DNA of 64,000 bases from an uncultured Rhodospirillaceae bacterium (GTDB lineage Bacteria > Pseudomonadota > Alphaproteobacteria > UBA8366): contig CAZPFL010000001.1 in assembly GCA_964585785.1 (NCBI GenBank), forward strand, positions 70,097 to 134,096, given 5' to 3'. Position 1 is the first letter of the stretch. Each line of letters begins with the position of its first letter. The position numbers and the translations under genes were made by a program. This document shows, piece after piece, positions 44,570 through 55,366 of this stretch. Under the pieces are notes generated by a model, which searched no databases, was not told the DNA's origin, and was given only the letters and a program-made list of their open reading frames with translations.

Positions 44570-45763
44570 ATGGCCGTTGACGCAGAAACCAGCGCTCCCG
44601 AGATGCACGCGCCCGTCGTGCTTCAGGTCCTGCCCGCTTTGAATACCGGCGGCGTCGAGCGCGGCACGGTCGACATCGCCGAGGCGATCGTGGAGGCGGG
44701 CGGGACGGCCTTGGTGGCGTCTGAAGGCGGCCGCCTCGTGCATGAGCTGCAGCGCGTCGGCGCGGAGCACATCACCCTGCCGCTCGCCTCGAAAAATCCC
44801 TTGGTCATGCTGCGGAATGTCGGGCGGCTTCGGCGCCTCATTCGGTCGCGCGCGGTCGACATCGTGCACGCCCGCAGCCGCGCGCCCGCCTGGTCCGCGC
44901 TGCGCGCCTGCCGCGGCACGGATGCCCGGTTCGTCACGACCTTCCACGGCACCTATAACCGCGCCGCGCCGTTCAAGAGCTACTACAACTCGGTGATGAC
45001 GCGGGGCGTGCGGGTCATCGCGATTTCCCATTTCATCGCCAATCACATGGTCGAAGCCTACAAGGTCGAGCGCCGCCGCATCCGGGTGGTGCACCGCGGC
45101 GTCGATCTCCAGCTCTTCGATCCGCGCCAGGTGCCGGCCGCCCGCGTCATCAGCCTGGCGCAGCAGTGGCGCCTGCCGGAAGACGTCCGCGTGATCATGC
45201 TGCCGGGGCGGCTGACGCGCTGGAAGGGCCAGGCTCTGTTGATCGAGGCGCTCGCCAAGATCGACACCGACCGGCTGCGCTGCCTCATCGTCGGCGGCGA
45301 GCAGGGCAGCGGCTACCGCCGCGAGCTCGAGGGCCTGGTTTCCCGGGAAGGGCTCGAGAGCGTCGTGCAGTTCGTCGGCGACTGCACGGACATGCCCGCC
45401 GCCTTCATGCTGGCCGATGTGGTCGTCTCCGCCTCGACCGACCCGGAGGCATTCGGCCGCGTGATGGTGGAGGCGCAGGCCATGGGCAAGCCCGTCGTGG
45501 CGGCGGGGCACGGCGCCAGCGCCGAGCTCGTGCTGCCGGGCGAGACCGGCTGGCTGTTCGAGCCGGACGACGCCGACTCGCTGGCGGACGCGCTTGGCCG
45601 GGCGATGCGCCTCGGCGCGGCGGAGCGCGAGGTCTTGGCGCAGCGCGCGATGGCCAATGTGCGCGCCAATTTCTCCAAGGAAATGATGTGCGCCAAGACG
45701 CTCGAGGTTTACGGGGAGATACTGCGGGACGCCGCCGCGGCCCGTGCGCGCGCCGGGACGTGA
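44570..45763 (+). CDS. Glycosyltransferase family 4 (GT-B; LPS/EPS-type)
   Basis: The ORF was trimmed to the ATG at 44570. It has LNTGGVERGT and the C-terminal E...E motif region EAFGRVMVEAQAMGKPVVA. Confidence 0.8.
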   Translation: MAVDAETSAPEMHAPVVLQVLPALNTGGVERGTVDIAEAIVEAGGTALVASEGGRLVHELQRVGAEHITLPLASKNPLVMLRNVGRLRRLIRSRAVDIVHARSRAPAWSALRACRGTDARFVTTFHGTYNRAAPFKSYYNSVMTRGVRVIAISHFIANHMVEAYKVERRRIRVVHRGVDLQLFDPRQVPAARVISLAQQWRLPEDVRVIMLPGRLTRWKGQALLIEALAKIDTDRLRCLIVGGEQGSGYRRELEGLVSREGLESVVQFVGDCTDMPAAFMLADVVVSASTDPEAFGRVMVEAQAMGKPVVAAGHGASAELVLPGETGWLFEPDDADSLADALGRAMRLGAAEREVLAQRAMANVRANFSKEMMCAKTLEVYGEILRDAAAARARAGT

Positions 45764-45767
45764 GGCG

Positions 45768-46688
45768 GTGAGCGAGCGGATTCTGGTCATAAAACTCGGC
45801 GCGCTGGGCGACTTCATCCTGGCTTTCGCGCCCTTCCAGGCGATCCGGCGGCATCATCCGAAGGCGACAATCACCCTCCTGACCACGGCCCCGTTCGAGC
45901 CGCTGGCGCGCGTCAGCGGCTGGTTCGACGAGGTCTGGGTCGACGACCGCCCGCGCCCCTGGCGGCTCGGCGCCTGGCGGGCGCTGGGGCGCCGTTTGCG
46001 CGACGCCCGATTCGCCCGGGTCTACGATCTCCAGACCTCGGACCGCAGCGGCTGGTATTTCCGCCTCTTCGGCAGCGACAAGCCGGAATGGTCGGGCATT
46101 GTGCGGGGCTGTTCGCATCCGCATCGCAACCCGCGGCGCGACCATCTCCACACCATCGAGCGCCAGGCCGAGCAGCTCGCCGCGGCGGGGATCATGGACG
46201 TGCCGCCGCCGGACCTCGGCTGGCTGGACGGTGATGTCGGCCGGCTGCGGCTGCCTGAGCGGTTTCTGCTCCTGGTTCCGGGCGGCGCTGAGCACCGGCC
46301 GGCCAAGCGCTGGCCGGCGGAGCGCTATGGCGCGCTCGCGCAGCGCCTCGCGGCGCGCGGCCTTCCCGCGGTCATCATCGGCGGGCCGGCGGAGGAAGCG
46401 GCCGCGGCGGCCATCCTCGCCGCTTGTCCCGGTGCGATCAGCCTGGTCGGCGGCACCTCGCTGCTTGACGTCGCCGGCATCGCCCGGCGTGCCGCCGCCG
46501 CGGTCGGCAACGATACCGGCCCGATGCATATCGCAGCCGCAATCGGGTGCCCGTCGCTCGTGCTGTTCTCGGCGGAGTCCGATCCCATGCTGTGCGGCCA
46601 GCGCGGCCCCGTCGTCACGTTCCTGCGCCGGCCCGACCTGCGGCGGCTCACCGTCGATGAGGTTGAAGCCGCTTTACGCTTGCGTTAA
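45768..46688 (+). CDS. Glycosyltransferase family 9 (heptosyltransferase-like)
   Basis: The GTG at 45768 gives VSERILVIKLGALGDFI. NDTGPMHIAAA lies near the C-terminus. Confidence 0.8.
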   Translation: MSERILVIKLGALGDFILAFAPFQAIRRHHPKATITLLTTAPFEPLARVSGWFDEVWVDDRPRPWRLGAWRALGRRLRDARFARVYDLQTSDRSGWYFRLFGSDKPEWSGIVRGCSHPHRNPRRDHLHTIERQAEQLAAAGIMDVPPPDLGWLDGDVGRLRLPERFLLLVPGGAEHRPAKRWPAERYGALAQRLAARGLPAVIIGGPAEEAAAAAILAACPGAISLVGGTSLLDVAGIARRAAAAVGNDTGPMHIAAAIGCPSLVLFSAESDPMLCGQRGPVVTFLRRPDLRRLTVDEVEAALRLR

Positions 46689-46715
46689 ACGAAGGCGCCT
46701 ATCCACAGGCGGCGC

Positions 46716-48692
46716 ATGGCGCCGGGAATGGACTACAGAATGTCTGAAATGGCCAAATCAGCATCCGCAGGCGGCGGCGTTGCCATAACGCTGCCCGATG
46801 GCAGCGTGCGCCGGTACCCTGGGCCGGTCACCGGCCAGAAGGTCGCCGCCGATATCGGTCCCGGCCTCGCCAAGGCGGCGCTCGCGGTCAAGGTCAATGG
46901 CGCGTTGCGCGACCTCGAGCGCGACATCGAACAGGACGCCAAGGTCGAGATCGTCACGCGCGATAGCCCGGACGCGCTCGAGCTGCTGCGCCACGACTGC
47001 GCCCATGTCATGGCCGAGGCGGTTCAGGAACTCTATCCGGGCACGCAGATTACATTCGGCCCCGCAATCGAAGACGGCTTCTATTACGATTTCCACCGTG
47101 ACGAGCCGTTCACGCCGGACGACTTCGCGAAGATCGAGGCGAAGATGCGGGAGATCGTGGACCGCGACGAGACGATCACGCGCGAGGTCTGGGACCGCGC
47201 CGACGCCGTCGCGCATTTCGAGAAGATCGGCGAGGGCTTCAAGGCGGAGCATGTCGCCACGCTCCCGGCAGGCGAGGACATCTCGATCTACCGGCAGGGC
47301 GACTGGCTCGATCTCTGTATCGGCCCGCACCTGCCGTCGACCGGCAAGCTCGGCAAGGCCTTCAAGCTCATGAAGCTGTCCGGCGCCTACTGGCGCGGCG
47401 ACCCGAAAAACCCGCAGCTTCAGCGCATTTACGGCACCTGCTGGCGCAACGAGAAAGAGCTCAAGGCCTATCTCGAGCGGCTGGAGGAGGCGGAGCGCCG
47501 CGATCACCGGCGCCTCGGCCGCGAGATGGACCTCTTCCACATCCAGGAAGAGGCGGTCGGCAGCATCTTCTGGCACCCGAAGGGCTGGACCCTCTACCGC
47601 ACGGCGGAAACCTATATGCGCCGGCGGCTGGAGGCGGCCGGCTATGTCGAGGTGAAGACGCCGCAGCTTGTCGATCGCTCGCTGTGGGAGCGCTCCGGAC
47701 ACTGGGAGAAGTTCCGCGAGCACATGTTCACGGCGGAAGACGAGCACGACCGGACGCTGGCGCTGAAGCCGATGAACTGCCCCGGCCATGTGCAGATCTT
47801 CCGCCACGGCCTCAAGAGCTACCGCGACCTGCCGCTGCGCATGGCGGAGTTCGGCTCCTGCCATCGGAACGAGCCGTCGGGCGCGCTGCACGGGCTGATG
47901 CGGGTGCGCGCCTTCACCCAGGACGACGCGCATATCTTCTGCACCGAGGACCAGATCGTCAGCGAGACGGAGCAATTCTGCGCCCTGCTGACCTCGGTCT
48001 ATCGCGATTTCGGCTTCGACGAAGTGAGCGTGAAATTCTCCGACCGGCCGGCCGTGCGCGCGGGCAGCGACGAGACCTGGGACCGGGCCGAGGCGTCGCT
48101 CAAGGAAGCGACGGAGGCGGCCGGCCTGTCCTATGTGCTCAACCCCGGGGAAGGCGCCTTCTACGGCCCGAAGCTCGAATTCGTGCTGCGCGACGCCATC
48201 GGGCGCGACTGGCAGTGCGGCACCTTGCAGGTCGACTTCGTGCTGCCGGAACGGCTGGATGCCAGCTATGTCGGCGAGGACGGCCAGAAACACCGGCCGG
48301 TCATGCTGCACCGCGCCATCCTCGGCTCCTTCGAGCGCTTCCTTGGCGTGCTGATCGAGCATTACGCCGGGCGGTTGCCGCTGTGGCTCGCGCCGGTGCA
48401 GGTCATGGTGGCGACGATCACCAGCGACGCGGACGACTACGCCCGCCAGATCCTGAAGGACTGCGCGGCGGCCGGATTGCGGGCGGAACTGGATATCCGT
48501 AACGAAAAAATTAACTATAAGGTGCGAGAACACTCGCTCGGCAAGATTCCCGCCATCTTCGTCGTGGGCAAACGCGAAGCCGCCGAGGGGACGGTCGCAA
48601 TCCGCCGTCTCGGGGGTAAGGATCAAGAAGTACTTGCGCTCGACGACGCTATTCATAGACTTAAAGCCGAAGCGGCGATGCCGGGTGGATAA
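46716..48692 (+). CDS. thrS: Threonine--tRNA ligase
   Basis: It has a TGS domain ([11 protein letters not shown]) and class II motifs ([34 protein letters not shown]). The start is ambiguous (ATG at 46716, 46728, 46740 or 46749). Confidence 0.95.
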   Translation: MAPGMDYRMSEMAKSASAGGGVAITLPDGSVRRYPGPVTGQKVAADIGPGLAKAALAVKVNGALRDLERDIEQDAKVEIVTRDSPDALELLRHDCAHVMAEAVQELYPGTQITFGPAIEDGFYYDFHRDEPFTPDDFAKIEAKMREIVDRDETITREVWDRADAVAHFEKIGEGFKAEHVATLPAGEDISIYRQGDWLDLCIGPHLPSTGKLGKAFKLMKLSGAYWRGDPKNPQLQRIYGTCWRNEKELKAYLERLEEAERRDHRRLGREMDLFHIQEEAVGSIFWHPKGWTLYRTAETYMRRRLEAAGYVEVKTPQLVDRSLWERSGHWEKFREHMFTAEDEHDRTLALKPMNCPGHVQIFRHGLKSYRDLPLRMAEFGSCHRNEPSGALHGLMRVRAFTQDDAHIFCTEDQIVSETEQFCALLTSVYRDFGFDEVSVKFSDRPAVRAGSDETWDRAEASLKEATEAAGLSYVLNPGEGAFYGPKLEFVLRDAIGRDWQCGTLQVDFVLPERLDASYVGEDGQKHRPVMLHRAILGSFERFLGVLIEHYAGRLPLWLAPVQVMVATITSDADDYARQILKDCAAAGLRAELDIRNEKINYKVREHSLGKIPAIFVVGKREAAEGTVAIRRLGGKDQEVLALDDAIHRLKAEAAMPGG

Positions 48693-48751
48693 GGGCGCGC
48701 CACGTTCGGGGGAAAGCCCCGAATTCGTCTTTAACAACGAGGATAAATTCT

Positions 48752-49288
48752 ATAGCCAAGAGACCCTTTGCACCGACGCCGGTCCGTGATGGCCCGCGCG
48801 TCAACGAGGATATCCAGGCGGCGCAGGTACGCCTAATCGATCAGGACGGGAATCAGCTCGGCGTCGTGTCCACTCGGGACGCGATCAGCCGTGCCGTGGA
48901 AGCGGGGCTAGACCTTGTCGAAGTCGCCGCAAACGTCGATCCGCCCGTCTGCAAGATCCTCGACTACGGCAAGCTGAAATACGAAACGCAAAAAAAGAAG
49001 AGCGAAGCGCGCAAGAAGCAGAAAACGATCGACGTCAAGGAGATCAAGTTCCGCCCCAATATCGAGCAGCATGACTACGACGTGAAAATGAAAGCCATGC
49101 GCCGGTTCCTGGAGGAAGGGGACAAGGTCAAGGTGACGTTGCGGTTTCGGGGCCGTGAGATGATGCACCAGCATCTCGGCATGAAAGTGCTCGACCGCGT
49201 CCGGCAGGAAACGGACGAGGTGGCGAAGGTCGAGCAGATGCCGCAGATGGAAGGCCGCCAGATGATCATGGTCTTGGCGCCCCGCTAG
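48752..49288 (+). CDS. infC: Translation initiation factor IF-3, with a non-canonical ATA start
   Basis: The track ORF (48866..49288, 140 aa) lacks the IF-3 N-domain. In-frame upstream sequence reads (ATA)[37 protein letters not shown], which is the typical IF-3 N-terminus. AGGA lies 8 nt before the ATA at 48752. Confidence 0.8.
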   Translation: MAKRPFAPTPVRDGPRVNEDIQAAQVRLIDQDGNQLGVVSTRDAISRAVEAGLDLVEVAANVDPPVCKILDYGKLKYETQKKKSEARKKQKTIDVKEIKFRPNIEQHDYDVKMKAMRRFLEEGDKVKVTLRFRGREMMHQHLGMKVLDRVRQETDEVAKVEQMPQMEGRQMIMVLAPR

Positions 49289-49373
49289 CCGGGGCGATGA
49301 TGCGCGCCCGCGGGATGACGGCCGCGGGCGGCGGCGCAGCGAGCTTCTTAACTGTTCGACGTGAGCGCGGCGG

Positions 49374-50144
49374 CTAACGCAAGTGGCCGCCGCCGTCGAC
49401 CTGCACGACAACACCGTTGATCCAGGATGCCTTTGCGCTGGCGAGGAAGGCCACCGCATTGGCGCATTCGAGCGGCGTGCCGGCCCGGCCCGCCGGGAGC
49501 GCCTTCATCAGCTCGCGCCAGCGCTCGGGGTCGCCGAATTTCTTCTCGGCGCGATGGCGCTGCAGCGTGACCAGCCGATCGGTCTCGATCGGTCCCGGGT
49601 TGATGCCGACGACGCGCACGCCGTAATCCAGGCTCTCCCCGCCGAGCGCCCGGGTCAGCCCCATCAGCCCGGCATTGCCCACGCTGCCCGCGACGTAGCC
49701 GGCGGTCGAGCGGACGCCCGCCGTGCCGATCACGTTGACGATCACGCCGCTCCGCCGCCGGCACATGGCGGGGTAATGCGTGCGGCACAGGCTGATGAAG
49801 CCGAAGACCTTGAGGTCCCACGCCTCGCGCCAGCGGGCGTCATCGACCTCCTCGATCGTGCCGGCCGGAATGGCGCCCGCGTTGTTGACCAGGATGTCGA
49901 TGCCTTCGGTCGCCGTGCCAAGCGCGTCCTGGACCTCCTTCTTCGAAAGATCGCCTGGGTGCAGCGTGATGGCGACATTGTGCGACCGGCGGATCGCGTC
50001 CCGCGCCCGCTCCAGGTCCGCCGCCGTGCGGGAAGCGAGATGAAGATTGACGCCCTCGGCGGCGAGGACATCCGCGATCGCCCGGCCGATGCCGCGCGAA
50101 GCCCCTGTTATCAAAGCGGTCTTTCCGGCAAGCTCCAGATCCAT
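49374..50144 (-). CDS. SDR-family oxidoreductase (3-oxoacyl-ACP reductase-like)
   Basis: GGAGGAA precedes the ATG at 50144 by 6 nt. It has TGASRGIG, NNAG and a Y...K region. Confidence 0.85.
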   Translation of the reverse strand: MDLELAGKTALITGASRGIGRAIADVLAAEGVNLHLASRTAADLERARDAIRRSHNVAITLHPGDLSKKEVQDALGTATEGIDILVNNAGAIPAGTIEEVDDARWREAWDLKVFGFISLCRTHYPAMCRRRSGVIVNVIGTAGVRSTAGYVAGSVGNAGLMGLTRALGGESLDYGVRVVGINPGPIETDRLVTLQRHRAEKKFGDPERWRELMKALPAGRAGTPLECANAVAFLASAKASWINGVVVQVDGGGHLR

Positions 50145-50232
50145 CCCTGTTTCCTCCACGGTCTTTCGAGTGGTTGTATTTGTTGGCGTTCATTCGGGCG
50201 GCAAAAATCCTTGGCGGTCAAGCCCGGCGGCC

Positions 50233-50261
50233 TTGCATCGGCGTAGCCGCTTCGCTATAAG
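50233..50261 (+). promoter_or_regulatory. Putative sigma-70-type promoter of rpmI-rplT
   Basis: TTGCAT (50233-50238)-17 nt-TATAAG (50256-50261). Confidence 0.4.
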
Positions 50262-50369
50262 GCCGCGTCCTGGGTCCTGAACCCAGCGTGGCGCGCCAGG
50301 CCTATTGGGTATGCCTGGCCGCTATCGTACCCGGCCGTATCGGCCAACCACGAAAAATGAGGCCCCCAA
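50262..50369 (+). promoter_or_regulatory. Structured rpmI leader (candidate L20-responsive ribosomal-protein leader)
   Basis: There are three hairpins: CTGGGT/ACCCAG (50270-50286), GCCAGGC/GCCTGGC (50295-50319) and GGCCG/CGGCC (50333-50345), located before the SD GAGG. Confidence 0.35.
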
Positions 50370-50570
50370 ATGCCCAAGTTGAAGAATAAAGCCAGCGCGA
50401 AAAAGCGCTTCCGGATCACCGCCAAGGGCAAGGTCCGGTTCAACAGCGCCTATCTCCGCCATATGTTGCGACGCCGCCCGAAGAAGATGAAGCGGACCAA
50501 TCGCGGGACGCAGATTCTCAGCGCGCCTGACGCTAAGTCGATCAAGCGTCACTACCTCAGAAACGTATAG
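50370..50570 (+). CDS. rpmI: 50S ribosomal protein L35
   Basis: 66 aa, [22 protein letters not shown]... Confidence 0.95.
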   Translation: MPKLKNKASAKKRFRITAKGKVRFNSAYLRHMLRRRPKKMKRTNRGTQILSAPDAKSIKRHYLRNV

Positions 50571-50584
50571 AGGAGGGCCAAGGC

Positions 50585-50941
50585 ATGGCACGCGTAAAGC
50601 GCGGCGTAACCGGGCACGCCCGGCACAAGAAAGTACTCGACAAGGCGAAGGGCTCGCGCGGCAGGGCCAAGAACACGATCCGCGTCGCGATTCAGCGCGT
50701 CCACAAGGATCAGCAATACGCCTACCGCGACCGCCGCGTCCGCAAGCGCAGTTTCCGCGCCTTGTGGATCCAGCGGATCAACGCGGCGGCGCGGGAGCAT
50801 GGACTGACCTATTCGCAGTTCATCAGCGGCATGAAGAAGGCCGGCATCGAGCTGGACCGCAAGGTCCTGGCCGACATCGCCGTCCGTGAGCCTGCCGCCT
50901 TTAAGACCCTCGCGCAGCAGGCGCAGTCGGCGCTGAAATAG
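50585..50941 (+). CDS. rplT: 50S ribosomal protein L20
   Basis: 118 aa, [18 protein letters not shown]... Confidence 0.95.
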   Translation: MARVKRGVTGHARHKKVLDKAKGSRGRAKNTIRVAIQRVHKDQQYAYRDRRVRKRSFRALWIQRINAAAREHGLTYSQFISGMKKAGIELDRKVLADIAVREPAAFKTLAQQAQSALK

Positions 50942-51019
50942 CACGCGGCCCGGTCCCGGTCTCACGACGATGCCGCCGACCGGCCGCGCGAGCCTTACGC
51001 GGACAGTCAGGCGGACGCG

Positions 51020-52096
51020 ATGGAAGACCTGAATCAGCTACGGGACGAATTGCTGGCGGCGGTTGCGGCCGCCGGGGACCCGGATGCGCTCGACGTGGTG
51101 CGGGTCAACGCGCTCGGCCGCAAAGGACGCATCACTGAGCTGATGAAAGGGCTGGGCGCGCTCGATCCCGACGCGCGCCGCGCCGCCGGCCAGGCGCTGA
51201 ACGGCGTCAAGACGGTTGTTACCGATGCCATCGAGCAGCGCAAGCAGGCGCTTGATTCCGTCGCACTCGAGTCCCGGCTGGGGGCCGAGTCGGTCGACGT
51301 GTCGCTGCCTGTGCGCCCGGAGCGGCAAGGCCTTCTGCACCCGATCAGCCAGACGATCGACGAAGTCATCGCCATCTTGGGCGAGATGGGCTTCGCGGTC
51401 GCCGAAGGGCCGGAGATCGAGGACGACTTCCATAACTTCAGCGCGCTCAACATCCCGCCCGAGCATCCGGCGCGCCAGATGCACGACACCTTCTATCTGA
51501 CCGAGAAACCGGACGGCAGCCGCCTCGTGCTGCGGACGCATACCTCGCCGGTGCAGATCCGGACGATGGAGACGACCGAGCCGCCGATCCGCATCATCGT
51601 GCCGGGCCGCACCTATCGCAGCGATTCCGACATGACGCACACGCCCATGTTCCACCAGGTGGAAGGGCTGGTGATCGACAAGTCGTCCCATTTCGGTCAT
51701 CTCAAGGGCTGCCTGATCGAGTTCTGCAGCGCCTTCTTCGAGGTGGCCAACGTGCCGCTGCGCTTCCGGCCGAGCTACTTCCCCTTCACCGAGCCTTCGG
51801 CCGAGGTCGACATCAACTGCTCGCGCCAGGGCAACACGCTGAAATTCGGCGAAGGCGACGGCTGGCTCGAGATCGCCGGCTGCGGCATGGTCCATCCGAA
51901 CGTGCTCAAGGCCTGCAAGATCGACCCGAATGTCTACCAGGGCTTCGCCTTCGGCATCGGGGTCGAACGCCTGGCCATGCTGAAATACGGCATCCCCGAC
52001 CTCCGCACCTTCTTCGAGGCGGACGTCCGCTGGCTCAAGCATTACGGCTTCCTGCCGCTCGAGGTGCCGACCCTCCTCCGGGGGCTGGAGCCATGA
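51020..52096 (+). CDS. pheS: Phenylalanine--tRNA ligase alpha subunit
   Basis: 358 aa, with [28 protein letters not shown] and FPFTEPS. Confidence 0.95.
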   Translation: MEDLNQLRDELLAAVAAAGDPDALDVVRVNALGRKGRITELMKGLGALDPDARRAAGQALNGVKTVVTDAIEQRKQALDSVALESRLGAESVDVSLPVRPERQGLLHPISQTIDEVIAILGEMGFAVAEGPEIEDDFHNFSALNIPPEHPARQMHDTFYLTEKPDGSRLVLRTHTSPVQIRTMETTEPPIRIIVPGRTYRSDSDMTHTPMFHQVEGLVIDKSSHFGHLKGCLIEFCSAFFEVANVPLRFRPSYFPFTEPSAEVDINCSRQGNTLKFGEGDGWLEIAGCGMVHPNVLKACKIDPNVYQGFAFGIGVERLAMLKYGIPDLRTFFEADVRWLKHYGFLPLEVPTLLRGLEP

Positions 52097-54495
52097 AGTT
52101 CACGCTCGGCTGGCTCAAGGATCATCTCGCGACGGATGCGCCGCTGGACGACATCGTCGAGCGCCTCACCATGCTCGGGCTCGAGGTCGAAGGGGTGGAG
52201 AACCCCGCCACGGATTTCGCCGACTTCCGCGCCGCACGCGTCGTCGAGGCGAAGCAGCATCCGGACGCGGACCGGCTTCGCGTGTGCGTGGTCGACACGG
52301 GCAGCGGGACGGTCCAGGTCGTCTGCGGCGCGCCGAACGCGCGCACCGGCCTGAAGGGCGTGTTCGCGCCCGCGGGGAGCTACGTCCCCGGCACGGCGCT
52401 GCTCCTGAAGAAGAGCAAGATTCGCGGCGTCGAATCGAACGGCATGCTGCTGTCGGAGCGCGAGCTCGGGCTGTCGGACGAGCATGCCGGGATTATCGAG
52501 CTGCCCGAGGATACGCCGGTCGGCGCGCCCATCGCAGCGGTGCTCGGCCTCGACGAGCCGGTGATCGAGCTTGCGGTGACGCCGAACCGGGGCGACTGCC
52601 TCGGCGTGCGCGGCGTCGCGCGCGATCTCGCCGCCGCGGGCGTCGGCACGCTGAAGCCGTTCAAGGATGAAGCCGTTCCCGGCCGCTTCAAGAGTCCGGT
52701 GCAGTGGCGCCGCGACTTTCCCGCGGGCGCTGGCGATGCCTGTCCGATGGTCGTGGGCCGCGCCTTCCGCGGCGTCAAGAACGGGCCGAGCCCGAAATGG
52801 CTGCAGGATCGTTTGAAGGCGATCGGGTTGCGTCCGATCTCGGCGCTGGTCGACATCACCAACTACATCACCTTCGACCTTTGCCGGCCGCTGCACGTGT
52901 TCGACCTCGCCCGCGTGTCGGGCGATCTCACCATGCGCTTCGCGCGCGACGGCGAGACGCTGCAGGCGCTCGACGGGCGCACCTACATGCTCGAAGACGG
53001 CATGACCGTCATCGCCGACCCGACCGGCGTGAAGGCGATCGCGGGCATCATGGGCGGCGAGGCGTCCGGCTGCACCGAGGACACCACCGAGTTGTTCCTC
53101 GAAGTCGCCCTGTTCGACCCGATCCGCACGGCGATGACCGGGCGCAAGCTTGGCATCAATTCCGACGCACGCTACCGCTTCGAGCGCGGCCTCGATCCGC
53201 AATCGGCGCTCTGGGGCGCCGAGGTCGCTGCCCGTATGATCCTGGACCTTTGCGGCGGCGAGGCGAGCGAATTGACCGTGGCGGGCGAGATGCCGAGCTG
53301 GCACCGGAGCGCCACGCTGCGGCCGGAGCGCCTGAAGACATTCGGCGGCGCGGACGTGCCGCAGGACGCAGCAGTGGCGATCCTCGATCGGCTCGGCTTC
53401 GAGACCGAGGTCGAGAAAGGCCGAATCGTCGCCGGCATTCCGTCATGGCGGCCTGATGTCGAGGGCGAACACTGCCTGGTGGAGGAGGTCCTCCGCGTGC
53501 ACGGCTTCGACAATATCCCCGCGGTGTCGCTGTCGCGCGTGACGGCGTTGCCCGAGCCGGCGCTGACGCCGGCGCAGCGCCGCGTCGCCCTGGCGCGCCG
53601 CCAGCTTGCCGGCCGCGGCATGATGGAGGCGGTGACCTGGTCCTTCATGGCCGCCGCGCAGGCGCGGCTGTTTGCCGACATTCCCGAGACGCTGCGCCTG
53701 GCGAATCCGATCAGCGCCGAGCTCGACGTGATGCGCCCGTCGATCCTGGCGAATCTCGCGACCGCCGCGAAGCGCAACGCGGATCGCGGCTTCGCCGACG
53801 TGGCGTTGTTCGAGATCGGCCCGGCGTGGCGCGACGATACGCCCGCAGGACAGGACACGGTCGCCGCGGGGCTACGGCATGGCGGGGTGGCGCCGCGCCA
53901 TTGGGACGTGAGGGCCCGTCCGGTCGACGCCTTCGATGCGAAGGCGGATGCGCTGGCGGTGCTTGCGGCGGTCGGCGCGCCGGTGGAGAACCTGCAGACC
54001 GATCGCACCGCGCCAGGCTATTACCATCCGGGCCGCTCGGGCGTGCTGCGCCTTGGCCCGAACGTGCTCGCGCAGTTCGGCGAGCTGCACCCGTCGGTGC
54101 TGCGCGGCCTCGACGTCGACGGCCCGGCCGTCGGGTTCGAAGTCTTCCTCGGCCGCGTGCCGCTGCCGAAAGCCAAGACCGGCCGCGCGCGTCCGCCGCT
54201 CGACGCGTCGCCCTTCCAACCGGTCAGCCGCGACTTCGCCTTCGTCGTCGCCGCCGACGTGCCGGCGGAGTCGGTGGTGCGTGCCGCGCAGTCGGCCGAG
54301 AAGGGGCTGATCACCGACGTCACGGTCTTCGACGTGTTCGAAGGCGAAGCCCTGGGCGTGGGGCGCAAGTCGGTCGCGATCTCGGTGACGCTGCAACCGC
54401 GCCAGGCGACGATGACCGACGCGGAGATCGACGCGGTCGCCGCCAAGATCGTCGCCAATGTCGAGAAGCGCGCGGGCGGCGTGCTGCGCGGCTGA
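52093..54495 (+). CDS. pheT: Phenylalanine--tRNA ligase beta subunit
   Basis: 800 aa. It has an ATGA overlap with pheS and starts [12 protein letters not shown]. The tRNA-binding, B3/4, B5 and FDX-ACB regions are recognisable. Confidence 0.95.
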   Translation: MKFTLGWLKDHLATDAPLDDIVERLTMLGLEVEGVENPATDFADFRAARVVEAKQHPDADRLRVCVVDTGSGTVQVVCGAPNARTGLKGVFAPAGSYVPGTALLLKKSKIRGVESNGMLLSERELGLSDEHAGIIELPEDTPVGAPIAAVLGLDEPVIELAVTPNRGDCLGVRGVARDLAAAGVGTLKPFKDEAVPGRFKSPVQWRRDFPAGAGDACPMVVGRAFRGVKNGPSPKWLQDRLKAIGLRPISALVDITNYITFDLCRPLHVFDLARVSGDLTMRFARDGETLQALDGRTYMLEDGMTVIADPTGVKAIAGIMGGEASGCTEDTTELFLEVALFDPIRTAMTGRKLGINSDARYRFERGLDPQSALWGAEVAARMILDLCGGEASELTVAGEMPSWHRSATLRPERLKTFGGADVPQDAAVAILDRLGFETEVEKGRIVAGIPSWRPDVEGEHCLVEEVLRVHGFDNIPAVSLSRVTALPEPALTPAQRRVALARRQLAGRGMMEAVTWSFMAAAQARLFADIPETLRLANPISAELDVMRPSILANLATAAKRNADRGFADVALFEIGPAWRDDTPAGQDTVAAGLRHGGVAPRHWDVRARPVDAFDAKADALAVLAAVGAPVENLQTDRTAPGYYHPGRSGVLRLGPNVLAQFGELHPSVLRGLDVDGPAVGFEVFLGRVPLPKAKTGRARPPLDASPFQPVSRDFAFVVAADVPAESVVRAAQSAEKGLITDVTVFDVFEGEALGVGRKSVAISVTLQPRQATMTDAEIDAVAAKIVANVEKRAGGVLRG

Positions 54496-54562
54496 GCGCG
54501 TCGACGGCGGCGCGCACCTGCCCGTAAATCACTGAAAATTCACCCCTCATTAAGGCAAAATT

Positions 54563-54605
54563 AACTGCTAAAGCAGTTGACTGGCGGCGGCATCGATTGT
54601 ATTTG
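54563..54605 (+). promoter_or_regulatory. Putative promoter with an overlapping palindromic operator
   Basis: The perfect 16-bp palindrome AACTGCTAAAGCAGTT (54563-54578) overlaps the -35 TTGACT (54577-54582), followed by 17 nt and TATTTG (54600-54605). Confidence 0.35.
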
Positions 54606-54675
54606 CGCCGTCACGAAGACCCGGCGAAGTGCGGTCGGATGTTGAACCGCGGTTCGAGCGACGGATGGCCGGGCA

Positions 54676-55323
54676 ATGGCGACTAAAGTGCGCAAGCATT
54701 CCTATGTAATTCCCTGTTCCAGCGATTTTCGCGATGCCGTGCAGGCGCTGGCCGACCGCCGCGAGGTCAATGTCGGCGACATCGCGCGCTCGGTCATGCT
54801 GATCATCTCGCATGACACGATCGTCGCCTGCCCCGATCCCGGCGAGCCGGGCGCGAACGACCGCGAGACGGTGATCCTCAAATCAGGTCCGAACAAGGGC
54901 AAGCCCTGGCGCCGCAAGCCGCGCCTGCAGGCGCGCCTGCCCGGCGGCTACAAGGTCGGCGATATCCGCCGCGCGCTCGGCGTGGCGCTGGCGCTCAACA
55001 TGGGGGAGATCACGGTCAGCCTGGAAGACGGCCGCGCGCCGAAGGCAAAGGAACGCATCCGCGCCCTCAATGACGAGATCGCGCGCCTTCGGGCGGCCAT
55101 GTCGGTCGTCGCGATGGATCCGCTGCCCCACGGCGTGCGCAATGCCGACGAGGCGCTTTTCGTGCTCGGCTTCCCGCCGGGCAGCAAGCCGAACCAGACC
55201 GAGGTCAAGGCGCGCTTCCGCATGCTGGCGACGATCCATCACCCGGACGCGCCCTTTGGCGACACGCGGCGCATGTCGCAGCTCAATCAGGCGATGTCCT
55301 GGTTGCGCGCGGGCGCGGCGTAA
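54676..55323 (+). CDS. J-domain (DnaJ-like) protein with a possible ribbon-helix-helix-like N-terminus
   Basis: The C-terminal EALFVLGFPPGSKPNQTEVKARFRMLATIHHPDAPFGD carries the HPD motif. The N-terminal HSYVIPCSSDFRDAVQALADRREVNVGDIARSVMLII has a strand-helix-turn-helix pattern. Confidence 0.65.
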   Translation: MATKVRKHSYVIPCSSDFRDAVQALADRREVNVGDIARSVMLIISHDTIVACPDPGEPGANDRETVILKSGPNKGKPWRRKPRLQARLPGGYKVGDIRRALGVALALNMGEITVSLEDGRAPKAKERIRALNDEIARLRAAMSVVAMDPLPHGVRNADEALFVLGFPPGSKPNQTEVKARFRMLATIHHPDAPFGDTRRMSQLNQAMSWLRAGAA

Positions 55324-55366
55324 CGGTTCTTCGCCGGCGCAACGGCAATCGCGCGCCGGTTTTTCT

